The notes: generated by a model not told the origin, from the sequence alone. DNA of 64,000 nt from Utricularia gibba (GCA_002189035.1 CM007992.1:1054001-1118000); one strand, 5' to 3'. Positions 51,848 to 64,000 are shown, numbered from the stretch's first letter. Numbers and translations are program-made.

Positions 51848-53384
51848 CAAAATTTTCTTGTAAAATTTGAAGGGTTTTTTTTATTTAAGTTCATTAAAAA
51901 TAAAACTATTGTCAACTTCCCTTAAACTATTTATTTAAAAATAATATTTATTTTCAAATAATGTTTTTTTAAAAAATACCTCTAAAATCAACTACCCCCA
52001 TTTGATTGTTGAATAAAATAAATTTCAATATTGCAGCCTAAGAAGGAGCTGCTCTCTTCTTTGGTTTTTTTTTTTATCTCCTTAACGTCAGCTTGGCCCA
52101 TCATTTTATTTTATTATTATTGTCAACTTATGCCCATCCTTTCTTCCTTGTCGCACCACGTAGAAAAAAAATAATAAAATATAAATTGATAATTTACGAA
52201 TTTTTTCAAAAAATGAGAAAACTTTCTAAATTTCTGTTTTTATATAAAAATGTAAATATTGCAAGAGAAAGTAGATAGCAAAGAGGAGATATTAGTTAGG
52301 AAATAGGAGAGAAGTTGAGGGTTGCTTATGTTTACACAATTTATTAAAATAATTATATTGAATTTTGCGATTCAATCTTCATTTTAATGATTAAATAAGA
52401 AGATAGTTAGAAAAATAAATTCTATTCATATAATATTAAAATTAATTTTATCCTATGGAATTGTAATTTGAAGTAATTATATAATAGGTACTAAATATAA
52501 AGAATAAAAGAAAGGATTGAAAAAAGATTACAATATAATTATTTATGCTGTTGTTGAAAAAATATATAATATCTTATTTAACTATCATAGAATTAATTTG
52601 ATATCTAATTAATTGAACTATATATCATTACTCACAAAATATGTAAGTGATATATGTTTTAACTTAGATGTTTTTGTACGATATTATGCATTTTGGACAC
52701 TTTATTCTCACGACTTTACATTCTTTATTTTTAAAGAAAAAGTTTTGTATAAGATTAATAAAATTCTTCTATATATGATACATAATCAATGTATGTCTGT
52801 AGACTTATATTACATAAAAAAAAAAAATAAGTTTACAACATTATTTAACATGATAGTAAATTCAATTCAAAAAATGAATGACCCATATGAATCTTGGGTT
52901 TTCATAAATCCAATATTGTAGAATGAACTGTAGCAAAATGATTTAAAAGATGATAATAGGTCCAATCCAAACAAGGAACTATTGGGAATTGAATCGAGTT
53001 TAATTGAATCTTGGGATATAAAAAAATACAATATTATAGAATAAGTTTTAAAAATATTATTTAAAAGATTAATGTTAGATTTAATCCACAAAAATTGATT
53101 CGAATTGAATCCGGTTCAATTGGATCTCGGGTTACAAAAAAGCCGGTAATATAGAATAAGATGTAACAACATATGTATAATGTCAAAAGATCGGCCAGCC
53201 CGGCAATGGGCGCCAGGGCCGGAATGTCTTCAGGGGAGCCTCACGGTCGGGAACATGTACGGACAGACCGGAAAGCTGTGTCCATCGGCTTGTGAGAAGA
53301 GACAGAAAAGAAGTATGAAACGAGCTTCAGCCGAAAGAGGGGTGAGTGATCGAGTCTACAGCTTGACTTGGTGGGTTGGTCGCC

Positions 53385-54875
53385 ATGGCTGAAGCGGCAA
53401 AGGATCGTCTTCACATAGTGATGTTTCCGTGGTTCGCCGTCGGCCACCTTCGCCCCTTCTTCCGTCTTTCGAAGGTTTTAGCTCGAATGGGTCACCGAAT
53501 CTCCTTCCTTTCTACACCCGGAAACCTTCAAAGATTGCCGAAACTACCATCTGATGTTTCCGAACTGATTCATTTCGTGGCGATTCCTTTTCCCCACGTC
53601 GTCGATTTGCCCCCTGGAGCAGAATCATCCATGGACGTGCCACATCTGAAGCAGCAGTTGCTCAAAATCGCGCTTGATTTGCTGGAAGCAGATGTGCGTA
53701 AATTCTTGCAAGAGGCTAAACCTAAACCCGACTGGGTTGTTTACGATTATGCTTCTCATTGGCTTCCATCAGCTGCTCGAGAATTGGGAATTGCTAGGGC
53801 TTTTTTTAGCCTCTTCACAGCTGCTTTTCTAGCGTTTCTGGGACCTCCATCTAGGGATACAGACCCAGGGTGCGGAAGATTTAGGGCAGAGGATTTCACT
53901 GTTGCACCCAAATGGATTCCCTTTCATTCCAATATGGCGTTTCGTTTTCATGAAATGGTTAAGAACATGGAAAAAGGTTGTTCCTTTAATTTCGATTCTC
54001 TTGAACTGCACACTCGGGGTTCATCTAAACTTGTGCCTTGTGTGATCACAGATGCAGGAGGTGGTGCTCATGATTCAGGAGCATCTGATGCCGTTAGATT
54101 CAGTCATAGTATAGAAGGGAGTGATATTGTGATCCTAAGATCATGCAGTGAAATAGAACCTGAATGGATTGAGCTTGTTCATCAACTGTACCAGAAGCCA
54201 GTGATTCCCATAGGAGTTTTACCAGTAGAAGATGAAGAATCAGAATTCAAGGAGAGCGAAGATTGGGTGAAGATAAAAGATTGGTTAGACCAGCAGAAAG
54301 AAGGTACAGTTGTGTACGTTGCTTTTGGAACAGAAGCCACATTATCAAGGAGAGAAGTTCATGAGTTAGCACTCGGATTAGAGAACTGTGGGATGCCATT
54401 TCTGTGGGTCATAAACAAACAAGAAAACATAGAAATGCTGCCTGATGAATTCCTCGAAAGGGTAGCGAACAGGGGAAAAATCTACACAAACTGGGCTCCT
54501 CAGGTATACATTCTGAGTCATGATGCTGTAGGGGGGTTCCTAACTCACTGTGGATGGAATTCAGTGACGGAGGCGCTTTCCTACGGACGAGTTTTGATTC
54601 TGTTTCCGGTTATGAATGAGCAGGGCCTGAATGCAAGGCTGTTAAGTGAGAAGAAGCTCGGAGTGGAGATCCCTAGAGAAGAGAAAGATGGAGCCTTTGT
54701 GTGTGTTGATGTGGTTGAGACACTGAGGCTTGCAATGGTCGATGAAAAGGGTGCGAGTTTGAGGGAAAATGCAAGAAAAATGAAGTGCTTGCTGATGGAC
54801 AAAGAGACGAATGAGCAGCACGTCCATAACTTGCTTCAACAGTTGATTTTCAAGCACAGGGGAGGCACCAAGTAG
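53385..54875 (+). CDS. UGT91C1: UDP-glycosyltransferase, group A, UGT91C1-like; probable 75-nt in-frame intron at 53977-54051
   Basis: HIVMFPWFAVGHLRPF (catalytic His), PDWVVYDYASHWLP, VVYVAFGTEA, PSPG box WAPQVYILSHDAVGGFLTHCGWNSVTEALSYGRVLILFPVMNEQ. The NEQGLNARLL ending and SSMDVP..KQQLLK match UGT91C1. ATG at 53385; the ORF track starts at an upstream TTG. Confidence 0.85.
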   Translation: MAEAAKDRLHIVMFPWFAVGHLRPFFRLSKVLARMGHRISFLSTPGNLQRLPKLPSDVSELIHFVAIPFPHVVDLPPGAESSMDVPHLKQQLLKIALDLLEADVRKFLQEAKPKPDWVVYDYASHWLPSAARELGIARAFFSLFTAAFLAFLGPPSRDTDPGCGRFRAEDFTVAPKWIPFHSNMAFRFHEMVKNMEKGCSFNFDSLELHTRGSSKLVPCVITDAGGGAHDSGASDAVRFSHSIEGSDIVILRSCSEIEPEWIELVHQLYQKPVIPIGVLPVEDEESEFKESEDWVKIKDWLDQQKEGTVVYVAFGTEATLSRREVHELALGLENCGMPFLWVINKQENIEMLPDEFLERVANRGKIYTNWAPQVYILSHDAVGGFLTHCGWNSVTEALSYGRVLILFPVMNEQGLNARLLSEKKLGVEIPREEKDGAFVCVDVVETLRLAMVDEKGASLRENARKMKCLLMDKETNEQHVHNLLQQLIFKHRGGTK

Positions 54876-55397
54876 TGTTGTGAAGCGATGATTGGTTAAG
54901 TTTGTACTTATCATATGGAGGTTGCTTTGGATGGCTTGTGAATGTCTATATTTTGGAGAAAATCCAGCAGCCACTTCATGATCAAGGGAGATGGCTCTAA
55001 GCTTCAAGGCAAAATAGACCATGGTGGGCTTAAAGCTGACAATCCAAACTCTGTAATACTACATGAGATCTGCACTAAGTTCATGATAAGTTTGATGTAT
55101 TCCCTAAGTTTTCACTACAAGTAAAGGGTGTGAAAAAGTAAGCATAGACCCTTGACGCCACTCCATCCACACTGTCGCAGTCATCAGGAGTTGAGTTGCG
55201 ATTAGCTTGTCATCATGGTGTTCCATCATGAAAGCCTAAAACTTTGAGAAAGCAAATGGGTTGCTGGCAGCGGTGTTGAGATGCCGCGTGTCGACCGGAG
55301 GCCGGGACACCGCATCGTTGTTCCTACCGAGTGTCCGCTCAACCAAACTAAATACCGACACGGGAACACCAATAGACACCGACGGGAAAGGAGAAAA

Positions 55398-56487
55398 ATG
55401 GCAAAACATGCAGAAGCCGATGCTTTTGAAACTCTGGTAGTATTTGTGGGCTTTGTGTGTGTTTTTTTTACCTTTAGTTCTACAGTTTGATGTTTTTTGT
55501 TTGTCGTTATGGCAGGAATCCGGGACCATATTTTTCTTCTACAAGCCAAAAGTGAACGTAGAAGAAGCACATGGAACCGACGACGTGCAGCGCTTCTACC
55601 TGCTGCTGCGCCCACACGGCGGCGGCCCCTTAAGATTACTCCTCATCGGCCGCAAAACTCTGGCGGCCAGCCGCGGCTCCACCCAGTGGGGCTTCGTCGA
55701 GATCGTCACTTTCAGTACACAGAACATCAAGGACGCCTTGCGTGGAGGTTCTTTTTTGCTACCTTGTCATGTTTAAACTCATTCATCCAAAGCAGCTTCA
55801 ATATGAACGATAATGTTTTGACTTGTTGGAGAAGAGACATGCAGTTTGTAAAGAAAAACAGCTGATTTATAACAGGGAGATGCACTCACCTAATTGTAAA
55901 CTCACAAATTTCACATTGGTGAATGTGTCTTTCGCAGCATGGTTGAGTGTTTTTCCGAGTTATGTTGCGTCTTGGGGGAGAATGACTGTTTAAAATGATG
56001 TGCAGAGGAATATGAGACGAGAACTAGGGGCCACAGGCAAGTACCGGAGGCAAGAGCAGTGGGGGAAGGGGCATTCTGGATAGTGAAGCACAACAGAGGA
56101 AGCAGCAAAATGCACACACATCTGGTTTACAAGCTACACTATCCATCAACACAAGCAATGGGAGATCCCCAAAAGGATCTCAACTTAGCCAGAAATGCTT
56201 CCTTCATCTTGCAAATCAACAACCCCGAGAATCAGCAGCAGAGATTGCACAGCAGAAACAAGGCAAAAGCTAGCTTCCCTGATGAGCTGCAAGCCCGGTT
56301 CGGGAACCGAATGTATCATCCTGCGGATCCTGTCGATTTTCTGAATCACCAAGGATGCGAGTTTCTGCTGATAGAATCAGGGGAAGATTTGGGATCCTTG
56401 GGGTTGGATTCAGAGACAGGTGATGATTGTCTTCATGTGTGGGAAGTGTTGCAGGCAGAAGATGGCGAGTCTTCTACACGCCCTTAG
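55398..56487 (+). CDS. Conserved uncharacterised protein (~250 aa), 3 exons (55398-55436, 55516-55747, 56006-56487)
   Basis: MAKHAEADAFETL|ESGTIFFFYKPKVNVEEAHGTDDVQRFYLLLRP...LRLLLIGRKTL...WGFVEIV...IKDALRG|EEYETRTRGHRQVPEARAVGEG...MHTHLVYKL...SFILQINNP...PADPVDFLNHQGCEFLLI. In-phase GT-AG junctions. Resembles a plant hypothetical-protein family recalled from Arabidopsis. Confidence 0.8.
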
Positions 56488-58888
56488 CTTCATGGAACTT
56501 GGGCATGACCAAGAGACATCAGCTAGTTGCTAGTTGTGTCACCGTTTTGGAACTTGGGAACCGCTAACTATTAGAAGACTAGCAGGAAAACCAGATGGTC
56601 TTCTTCTTCTTCTTCCCTGTTTTTGCCCATTCTGGTTCGATATACGAAAATGGCAGGCAACCAGGCAACCGACAGATGAGCATAACAAAATAACATTCCC
56701 ACCCATTCATAAAGAATACACGAATAAGTATAACAATGCATCACAGGATTCACAAAGGGATAACCCATTCCACTAATACCATTTTGATTCCTGCGCCATG
56801 GCTACTTTTCATCTTGACCCTAAACTACGTAGAGGCGAAAAAGCAACAATAAATCCGCATATCAAACGACACAACCAGGAGGTCTTATCTCGGTACTTGG
56901 CACCAAAAGGAGAAAGTTTTCACTCTATCAATATGATACGAAGCCCAGACTATCAGAAACACGCCAATCACTCCTCTTTCTTCATCAGAAACGGAATCAA
57001 ACTGGAACAAGCACACTTGGTGAACATTAAACACTAGAATGGGGTACATTAACACAACTAAGAGGATCGAAGGATTAAACCCAGACAGGTAACAGCATCA
57101 AGCTTTATCGCTTCCCAGGAAGGCATCCAACCATGAGCAAGTGTTTATCGAACATTCCCCACAAACGATCTCCAAATTCCCAATACTTGTTCGGTTCTGT
57201 TCATAGTTAGACAGTTTTCCTTTTTGCTACTGAATGCATACACTGACTGATAAAGGGATCGCAGGTCAGTTTCTGCGCCATGAATGCGAATTCCACCCAA
57301 TTCTCAACAAAAGCTCTCCATGTTCTCACTCCCCATTGACTCCGCCTCTCCTGCTTCCAGTTGTGAACTTATGGACCACTCCTTCACCTCACTCCTATTG
57401 ACAAATGCCTTACCAACTCCAGCTCACGTTTTCCCACTTCTTTTCCAATTCAAACTGTCACTTTGAATGTCAATTTTCACATTTATTTTCAATGACATTT
57501 TTTATAATAATTACGAATGAGTTATTTGCATATTTTACACTAATTTAAAATATTTAATTCAAGATTTGATTATATAGTTTTATTCTTTTCACTCGCTTAA
57601 CCACTACATATCTTGAAAATATGTTACAAAATCTTAGATTAAACAACCATACCTAAAGCCAAATGACCAATTCAACATCATTGCTAGCATATGTCTCCAC
57701 CTACCTTACCTAGGAAAATGAGAGTTGTTTAAGCTAATGCCGAATGTGGGAAAAACATATGTTATTATCTAATGTTGATTCAACGCTCTAACGAGCTTAC
57801 TATTGCAATTACCATATACTATTAGAATAATTCGAAAAGCCGAATTTGATGAAAGTCGTATGTATTTCATATCTTAAGGTCTTAGCATACTTCATCCATT
57901 GATTCACTTTCAATCCACGTGATTTAAATTTAATCATTAACTAGAGTCTCAACTCTTGTAATTTCCACCATTTTGAGGTGGACAAACCTTTAAGCTATTT
58001 TCTTTATATTATAAAAGTCAAAATAATTCATTCTCTATTGAGCCAATATTTTATTATTACTTAAATTATTATTCTTATTATTAATTATTATTATTACTTT
58101 AGTTTATTATTATTATTATATGATAAGGTTTAGAAGCATACAAGGAGTAGGGCATTTTAGGAATGATGTAAGAATCAACCGTGTGGCAGTTTCTTTTTCT
58201 CATAGCCGAATTATTTGACATGCTGAATAAAGTCGTTATCTTGAAAATATATTAAATATAATTCTCCTATACAAAAAAACAATTTTTTTATTTCAATTTC
58301 AAATATATATTATATTTTCGATTTTTATAATTTTTTTATGAAAATTATTGTATGAAAATTTATGATATACTCGATCAAATAATTTAGACCTTGTATATCA
58401 TTTGAAAATAGTGCTCTTGATATAATTTTGATGATTGAAATATATTGTAAAATTATGAATTTAAATTAATATTATAATTTAATATAAAAATGTAAATGAA
58501 CTTTTTTTCTGTTCAAATATCGAGAAATATGGAGTATGTGAGAAAAACGTTTTATAATTTGGGATTGAACTCAAAATAAGATCCGATTCAATCCGAATTC
58601 ATCACTTTTTTGGACTTTAATTTAATAATTTTTATGGAAAATTAAAATTAACATTATTTTTATTTTTCATAATGTTTTTAAATTTTTTGAACTTGATTTT
58701 TCTTAAAATAAATATTCAATAAAATATTGGACGCGTGTAATTTGATTATTAGGGAGCACGGTAAAATAGACCATGAACAGAGTTCCTCGGTTTGAACAGT
58801 TGTTTTGTCCAAGGCAAGACCATTGAAACATCTTAATGTCTGCCGGGGTACAAAGGAGAAAAGGAAAAAAAAAAAACATTTTCTGGTT

Positions 58889-59875
58889 CTAGTCAAGAAA
58901 GAAAGGCGAAGATGGCCACAAGGGAGAGCCATCCCACGGCAGAGAGAGTTGCTCGTCTCTGGGCCATTGATCTGCACCACCTTCCAGGAAAAGCTCGCAC
59001 TCGAAGAAGGCCATCCACTTTTGCAGCTCGTCGTCTTTGCCCACGTCCAGAGATGAGGAGGAGCCTGTGTCCATGGAGTCCAGCATCGTCCAGATATCCT
59101 CGTCCAGCTTCGCCTCCATCCCAGTTTTCTCGATTTCTGAACCGGAGACACTTGCTTCCGATTGTGGGTCGGATACGGATACGGACACGGATGCGAGTGA
59201 AGATGACGTAGAGCAGAAGGATGCTGCTGCAGCAACATTTGACTTGTCGGCATCACCATCTCCAGCCTCTTCCGTTGGACCGGCGTTTACTGTCCTGGTG
59301 TCATATGATGATGACGAGGATGATGATAACGAGAGGTTGTGTTCATTCTTGCGAGCCATCGCCCTCTTTTTCAGATGAGTGTTCCAGACATTCTTGATCT
59401 CGTTATCGGTTCTCCCCGGTAAATGCGATGCGATCTTCGACCATCTAACAGGAAACAGGACAACAGTGAGCTCACAGGATCTGAATTCAAAGGAAGAAGC
59501 ACTTTGGGAAGTGATCATTACTTGTTTCCAAGGGAGCTGTGCAGTTCAATGATCGTTTCTTCCTCTTGTGGAGTAAAGTTTCCTCTTTTCACATCGGGAC
59601 GAAGGTAGTTAATCCACCTCAGTCTACAGCTTTTACCACATCGCAGCAACCCTGCAAAAAAATAAAACACATCCGTTTCATTCTTCTGAAACCAAACTGA
59701 GTTTTCATATTACTACCAAATCTGAACCCGCGTTACCTGCTTGTTTGGGAAGCGCGCGCCAGTTAGTATGACCGTGATCGCGAATGAAGGCAACCAGACG
59801 GGCGTCCTCCGCCGCGCTCCACGGCCCGGTTTTAACCTTAGACTTGTCGCAGCAAGGAGTTCTCCCTCCCCCCAT
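58889..59875 (-). CDS. R2R3-MYB transcription factor, subgroup 3 (MYB58/MYB63-like), 3 exons (59875-59737, 59651-59522, 59444-58889)
   Basis: [24 protein letters not shown]...[14 protein letters not shown]|[30 protein letters not shown]...|[27 protein letters not shown]. Canonical 130-nt second exon. The C-terminal [13 protein letters not shown] resembles the subgroup 3 ...W..xLExELGLE motif. Confidence 0.88.
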
Positions 59876-62490
59876 TTGCGATGAGAGAACAACTAACTCA
59901 AATCCGAGCTTGATTGTTCTGCTTTCTGGAGTGTCCTCTGTACTTTGTATTTATAACTGGAGGCCATTCGGACCAAGACAAGTCAATAGTAGGGTCCACG
60001 GTTTCACAATGCCCAATGTGGAATGTCGAAAATGCCCTCCCAGTTTTACAACTTGGACACAATTTCCATGGAATAAGCGGCGGTGTGTGCGAACGCCACC
60101 CGTCACTTCCACGCAGCTTCTGCCGACTTTTTCTTTCTTATTATTTTTTTAATCCCGAATTGATTATTATTTTCGTTTTAAGAAACACGAATTTTCGCAG
60201 CAAACTTTGAATATCCAATCTGGTATTATAATAATTATCATTATTTGCTTGGGAAATTAAAAGATTCCCATTTGTCTTTTTTCCACTTATAAAAATAGTA
60301 TACGAAAGCATCCCGTACAGTATTTTGTTTTTTTTCTTTTTTTGTCAAGGGGAATTTTGACATAAAAAAATCAAATGATTATTATTATTATAGTGTATAA
60401 AATTTTTATTTATTTATTTTTTTTAAAATACATAATAATTAATAAAAATAAAAAGAGCTGTATTATATGTTGCATTTTGAACGATTTGGAATCTAAAAAA
60501 AACGTTTCAAATAAACTGGATGATTTTCACCAAAATTAATCTACAAAATATGAGAAATCAATGCTTTTGATAGACTAAGATGTTAGAAATCAACATTTAT
60601 ATTATTAAAATAATTTCTTGGATTTCAATGGTTTGGACCTGCAAAAATAAACCCGTATTTATTATGTTTTGATATTGAAATACCATGCGATGATGAACTT
60701 ATTTAGAAAGTTGACACAAATGTAGTGTGAATCACCAAGGCTATTATGGTCATTTCACATGTAATTTCTACAAAAAGTAATTCCACCACGCGTCCATCAC
60801 CCACCCACTCGCAGTCGACTTCAGGGGGGTTTACCAAATCGTTGACCGAATAATTCATACGACATAAACAAAAGGCCAAATATATTAAAACAAAATTAAT
60901 TGTGTATTATGGACTAATTACTGCCATTAAACCCAGAAAGTTACGGGTATTTAAAATCGGAATTTTTCATATAAAAAAAGTGGTAAAAATTTGAGTAGGG
61001 TTTCCAGATTCACATCAGGTTCAGTCAAATTCAGGAATTGAAAGAGTGTCACGATGTTATTTATTGCAAAGACTTTGGTTATTTTTACACCTACTTCAAG
61101 GACAAAAGAGTGATGAGTTTCTAGCAACTTATTTGACATTTTTTTTTCTTTGCAATTTCTGAATGGAGATGGGCGAAATCCAACAAACCGATCGTGACTT
61201 TTACCTAGTCATTAAAAAAAAGATTTATCTATTATTATTTCTTTGTCAACAAAAAAATTAATATTAAAAATAATCATTTTCATATTGTATAATGATCTCC
61301 AGTTGGATGGCAGTTTCTAAATGAACCCACTTTTAGGTGTAATGAAAATACATGTGGGGGTTTTGGTGGTATAACTTATTATTGTACATCTAGGGGGTAT
61401 TGACCATATCCACATTAATTTCATCGAAAGATGAGATTAATTCTTTTAATTTTGCAGGAGAACGTTTTTTGTAAGAGAATAACCTACAATTGTGGAAATT
61501 TGGTATTCAAAATAAATAATATTTTATAATTAGAATTGAATTCTGACATTTATGTTATGAGTTCAATCTTTTAGAAATCTTTTGATTCTAATTCAAATTA
61601 GTTATTTTTATAAAAAATTATTACATAATATTTATCAAATGAAAGTGGAAAATTTTCTGGTATACTCAAAACTGATTAGGAATAGACTGACCAATCAATT
61701 TTTGTTCTTAATCGATTTTAATTCGGTTTCGAGTAAGAACCGATTATACAAATATTTCATTGCGTTTGATTTTGGTTTCTATTGATATCAAATCAAATCT
61801 TATCCATGAACATCCCTAAATACATGTAGTCTCCCTGCATTTTTTTTCTCACACAAAATGTCTTTTTCAATAAGTAATCGTCTCCCTTATTGAAAATTAA
61901 AAAAAAAACGTTGTCTTTACCAGAAAAAAAAGTCAACATTATAAGCTAGTAATTTAAAAGTATTGAGTGATATATGGCCAATCATCAACTAGGGGAAGGT
62001 GGGAAAACTACACTAATATTATCCATTTTAAATATTCAATTATTTCCATTTTATATTTCTCCATTTTGAGTAAAATAAGTGTAATAGGATTAATATTGTC
62101 ATTCTATTTCATATGTTACCATATTATTCGTTCTGGATATTTAGTTTATGATTCTATGTTTTATTCTTTAGAAAAAAAAATATATTTCTTGCATGTTCAA
62201 CATGGTTATTTTATTTTTATTTTTTTCCTCACCGGTAAATATTATCATAAGGTATTTCATAGAAAATAAAAATATTTTATATTTACATATCACTTAATTT
62301 ATGCTTGTTAATACATTTAAAATAGTAATATTTGTATACATATTTATTATATAATTAAGGTTTAAAAATTTGTATGATACATAAGTTTCGCACATATATG
62401 TTTAAAATGAAGTTTATTTTTCATTCTTATTAAACTCAACTTGTTTAACAAAACTCGCTCAAAAAGTGATTTTTAAAATACCTAACCTCA

Positions 62491-62604
62491 GGGTTGTATT
62501 TGGTAACTAATTTTAATTTTAGAGGCATTTTAAATTTTAATTCAAAAATTATGTTTTACTTTAAATCATATAATTAACAATTCACACAAACTATCAAACG
62601 CACT
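62491..62604. mobile_element. Possible degenerate Tourist (PIF/Harbinger)-like MITE, 114 bp
   Basis: Ends GGGTTGTATTTGGTA ... TATCAAACGCACT form an imperfect inverted repeat, flanked by TCA at 62488-62490 and 62605-62607; AT-rich interior. Confidence 0.3.
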
Positions 62605-64000
62605 TCAAACGCTTTACTATAATTTTGCAAAACACTCGTATATTATTTAAATATTTACCATAAATTCATTATTAATAATACATGAATATTTAAACAAATC
62701 GCCGACCAACCACCCATATGATCCAAATCAAGTGTTATACATTCAATCATACAAATATTCATTCATAACGATTTTATCGCAATTCAAATCGTGATTAAAT
62801 TATATATGAGAATATTCGTTTTCATTCATTTGTGTGTTGAGACATCAATCATCTTTGTTATCCTACGGTACTTGGTGTTGTGGAGTGAAGTGGTTCACTC
62901 GAGACACTGGAGCTTGTTTAGGACACGTTCAAAGAAAGACGCGAGACAAGCGATGGCCCACACATATATTATGTTTTGTATTAAAGAATATCATTATCAA
63001 TTACTTACAAGAAAAAAAAAACAAATAAAAAAAGGGCATGTGCGGGAGCGCTAGCCAAAGCGGACTGCGATGTGGAATGCGGAAGTCGGAGTCCACGTCG
63101 GCGACAAACATTGACTTACGGCGCTGGCTGTAGCAGTGCTTTTCACGTTTCTTTCTTTCTTTCTTTCTCCCCCGGGCGTATTTTGTTTTAGAAGTATATT
63201 TTTTTTGTTTCATGAATATTTGACGCCATTCCAAACACTCGTGCGCTACTAATGTATCGACGTACGCCTTATATGACATTATGTGTTTCGGGCACTCCAT
63301 GAGGTCTTTTCTTCGTCCCGTTAGAGTGTGGAATTATCTGAATCGAATCTCATGTTAGTTATGGATTAAATAAAAGATTGAGATTGAATAAAATAAACAT
63401 ATAAATTTCGCATGACATTTTTTATTCTAACACGATAAAAGATTCTTAATAGAAACTTCAAAGTTTAAGCGCAATTGATCTAAAGTAAAGTGAGAATGAG
63501 TAAATTTTTAATAAGATAGATCAAAGGTAGAAAAAAAAATATAAAATCATAAGAGGTAAAAGTTCAAAATGGATAATATCGTGTAAGGCAAACGTGACTC
63601 GTTACATTTATGTATACTAGGTAGCTTTATATATTTTATGTGGGTCATTACAATTACATGATTTATGTGTGCATAGATAACTTTACATATTTTAAAGATA
63701 TCGATTTTACTTTAGTGTTTATATTCATCATATAAGTCCTTTGTTGTAAGCCTCTATCATGAATGTATGGATGGCAAAAAACCAGTTTAAGCAAATAATC
63801 CATTGATTATGAATCAAAGAGATAAACTAACAAAGTAGAATAATCATATAAATCTTGTATGAGTTATTCCTGAAGTATTACATTCTAATAACTTGATCTT
63901 ATCTTATAGAGCATAAGTAACTTTTAATCAATATGTAAGATTAGAAAAGTATGTTAGATGGTCACATGTTAAGTATTGGATAAGAACGAATTGAAGCAAA

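Larger units (their letters stand above)
49045..53075. repeat. Tandem segmental duplication, copy 2 (contains a ~1.4 kb insertion; boundaries approximate)
   Basis: Colinear homology to 45280-48512, as listed for copy 1. Confidence 0.85.

Noticed and set aside
57250-57265. AAGGGATCGCA resembling miR393
   Set aside because: An 11-nt partial match with no precursor stem; consistent with chance.
43234-63170. Short microsatellites: (TCTG)n ~43234, (AAT)n ~45025, (TTA)n ~58070-58120, (TTTC)n ~63148
   Set aside because: Short, ordinary simple repeats of no particular significance.

Overview
Plant (eudicot) nuclear genomic DNA, with spliceosomal genes carrying short GT-AG introns (mostly 60-100 nt) and very AT-rich spacers. 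The species cannot be identified from the sequence. Thirteen protein-coding genes are supported. On the + strand: the 3' part of a CCCH zinc-finger gene (HUA1-like), chloroplast ABC transporter ABCD2, tocopherol cyclase VTE1, RNA polymerase I largest subunit NRPA1, a type II metacaspase, a UGT91-type glycosyltransferase and an uncharacterised ~250-aa protein. On the - strand: ABC1K6 kinase, Strawberry-notch/FORGETTER1, a 123-aa single-TM protein, the MYB-CC factor APL, two tandem secreted phylloplanin/Ole e 1-like genes and a MYB58/63-like R2R3-MYB. The stretch from 42 to 53 kb is an accessory region. It holds a 161-bp tandem array, a ~3-4 kb tandem duplication carrying the two rapidly diverging secreted-protein genes, and a probable solo LTR upstream of one copy. 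Single-base frameshifts in C-runs of NRPA1 and VTE1 look like consensus errors. No rRNA, tRNA or CRISPR was found. I cannot demonstrate a wholly new biological system. The best leads are the diverging secreted-protein pair, a probable gained intron or exitron in the UGT91 gene, and the small orphan membrane protein. Homolog names and Arabidopsis comparisons come from recalled sequences, not from database searches.
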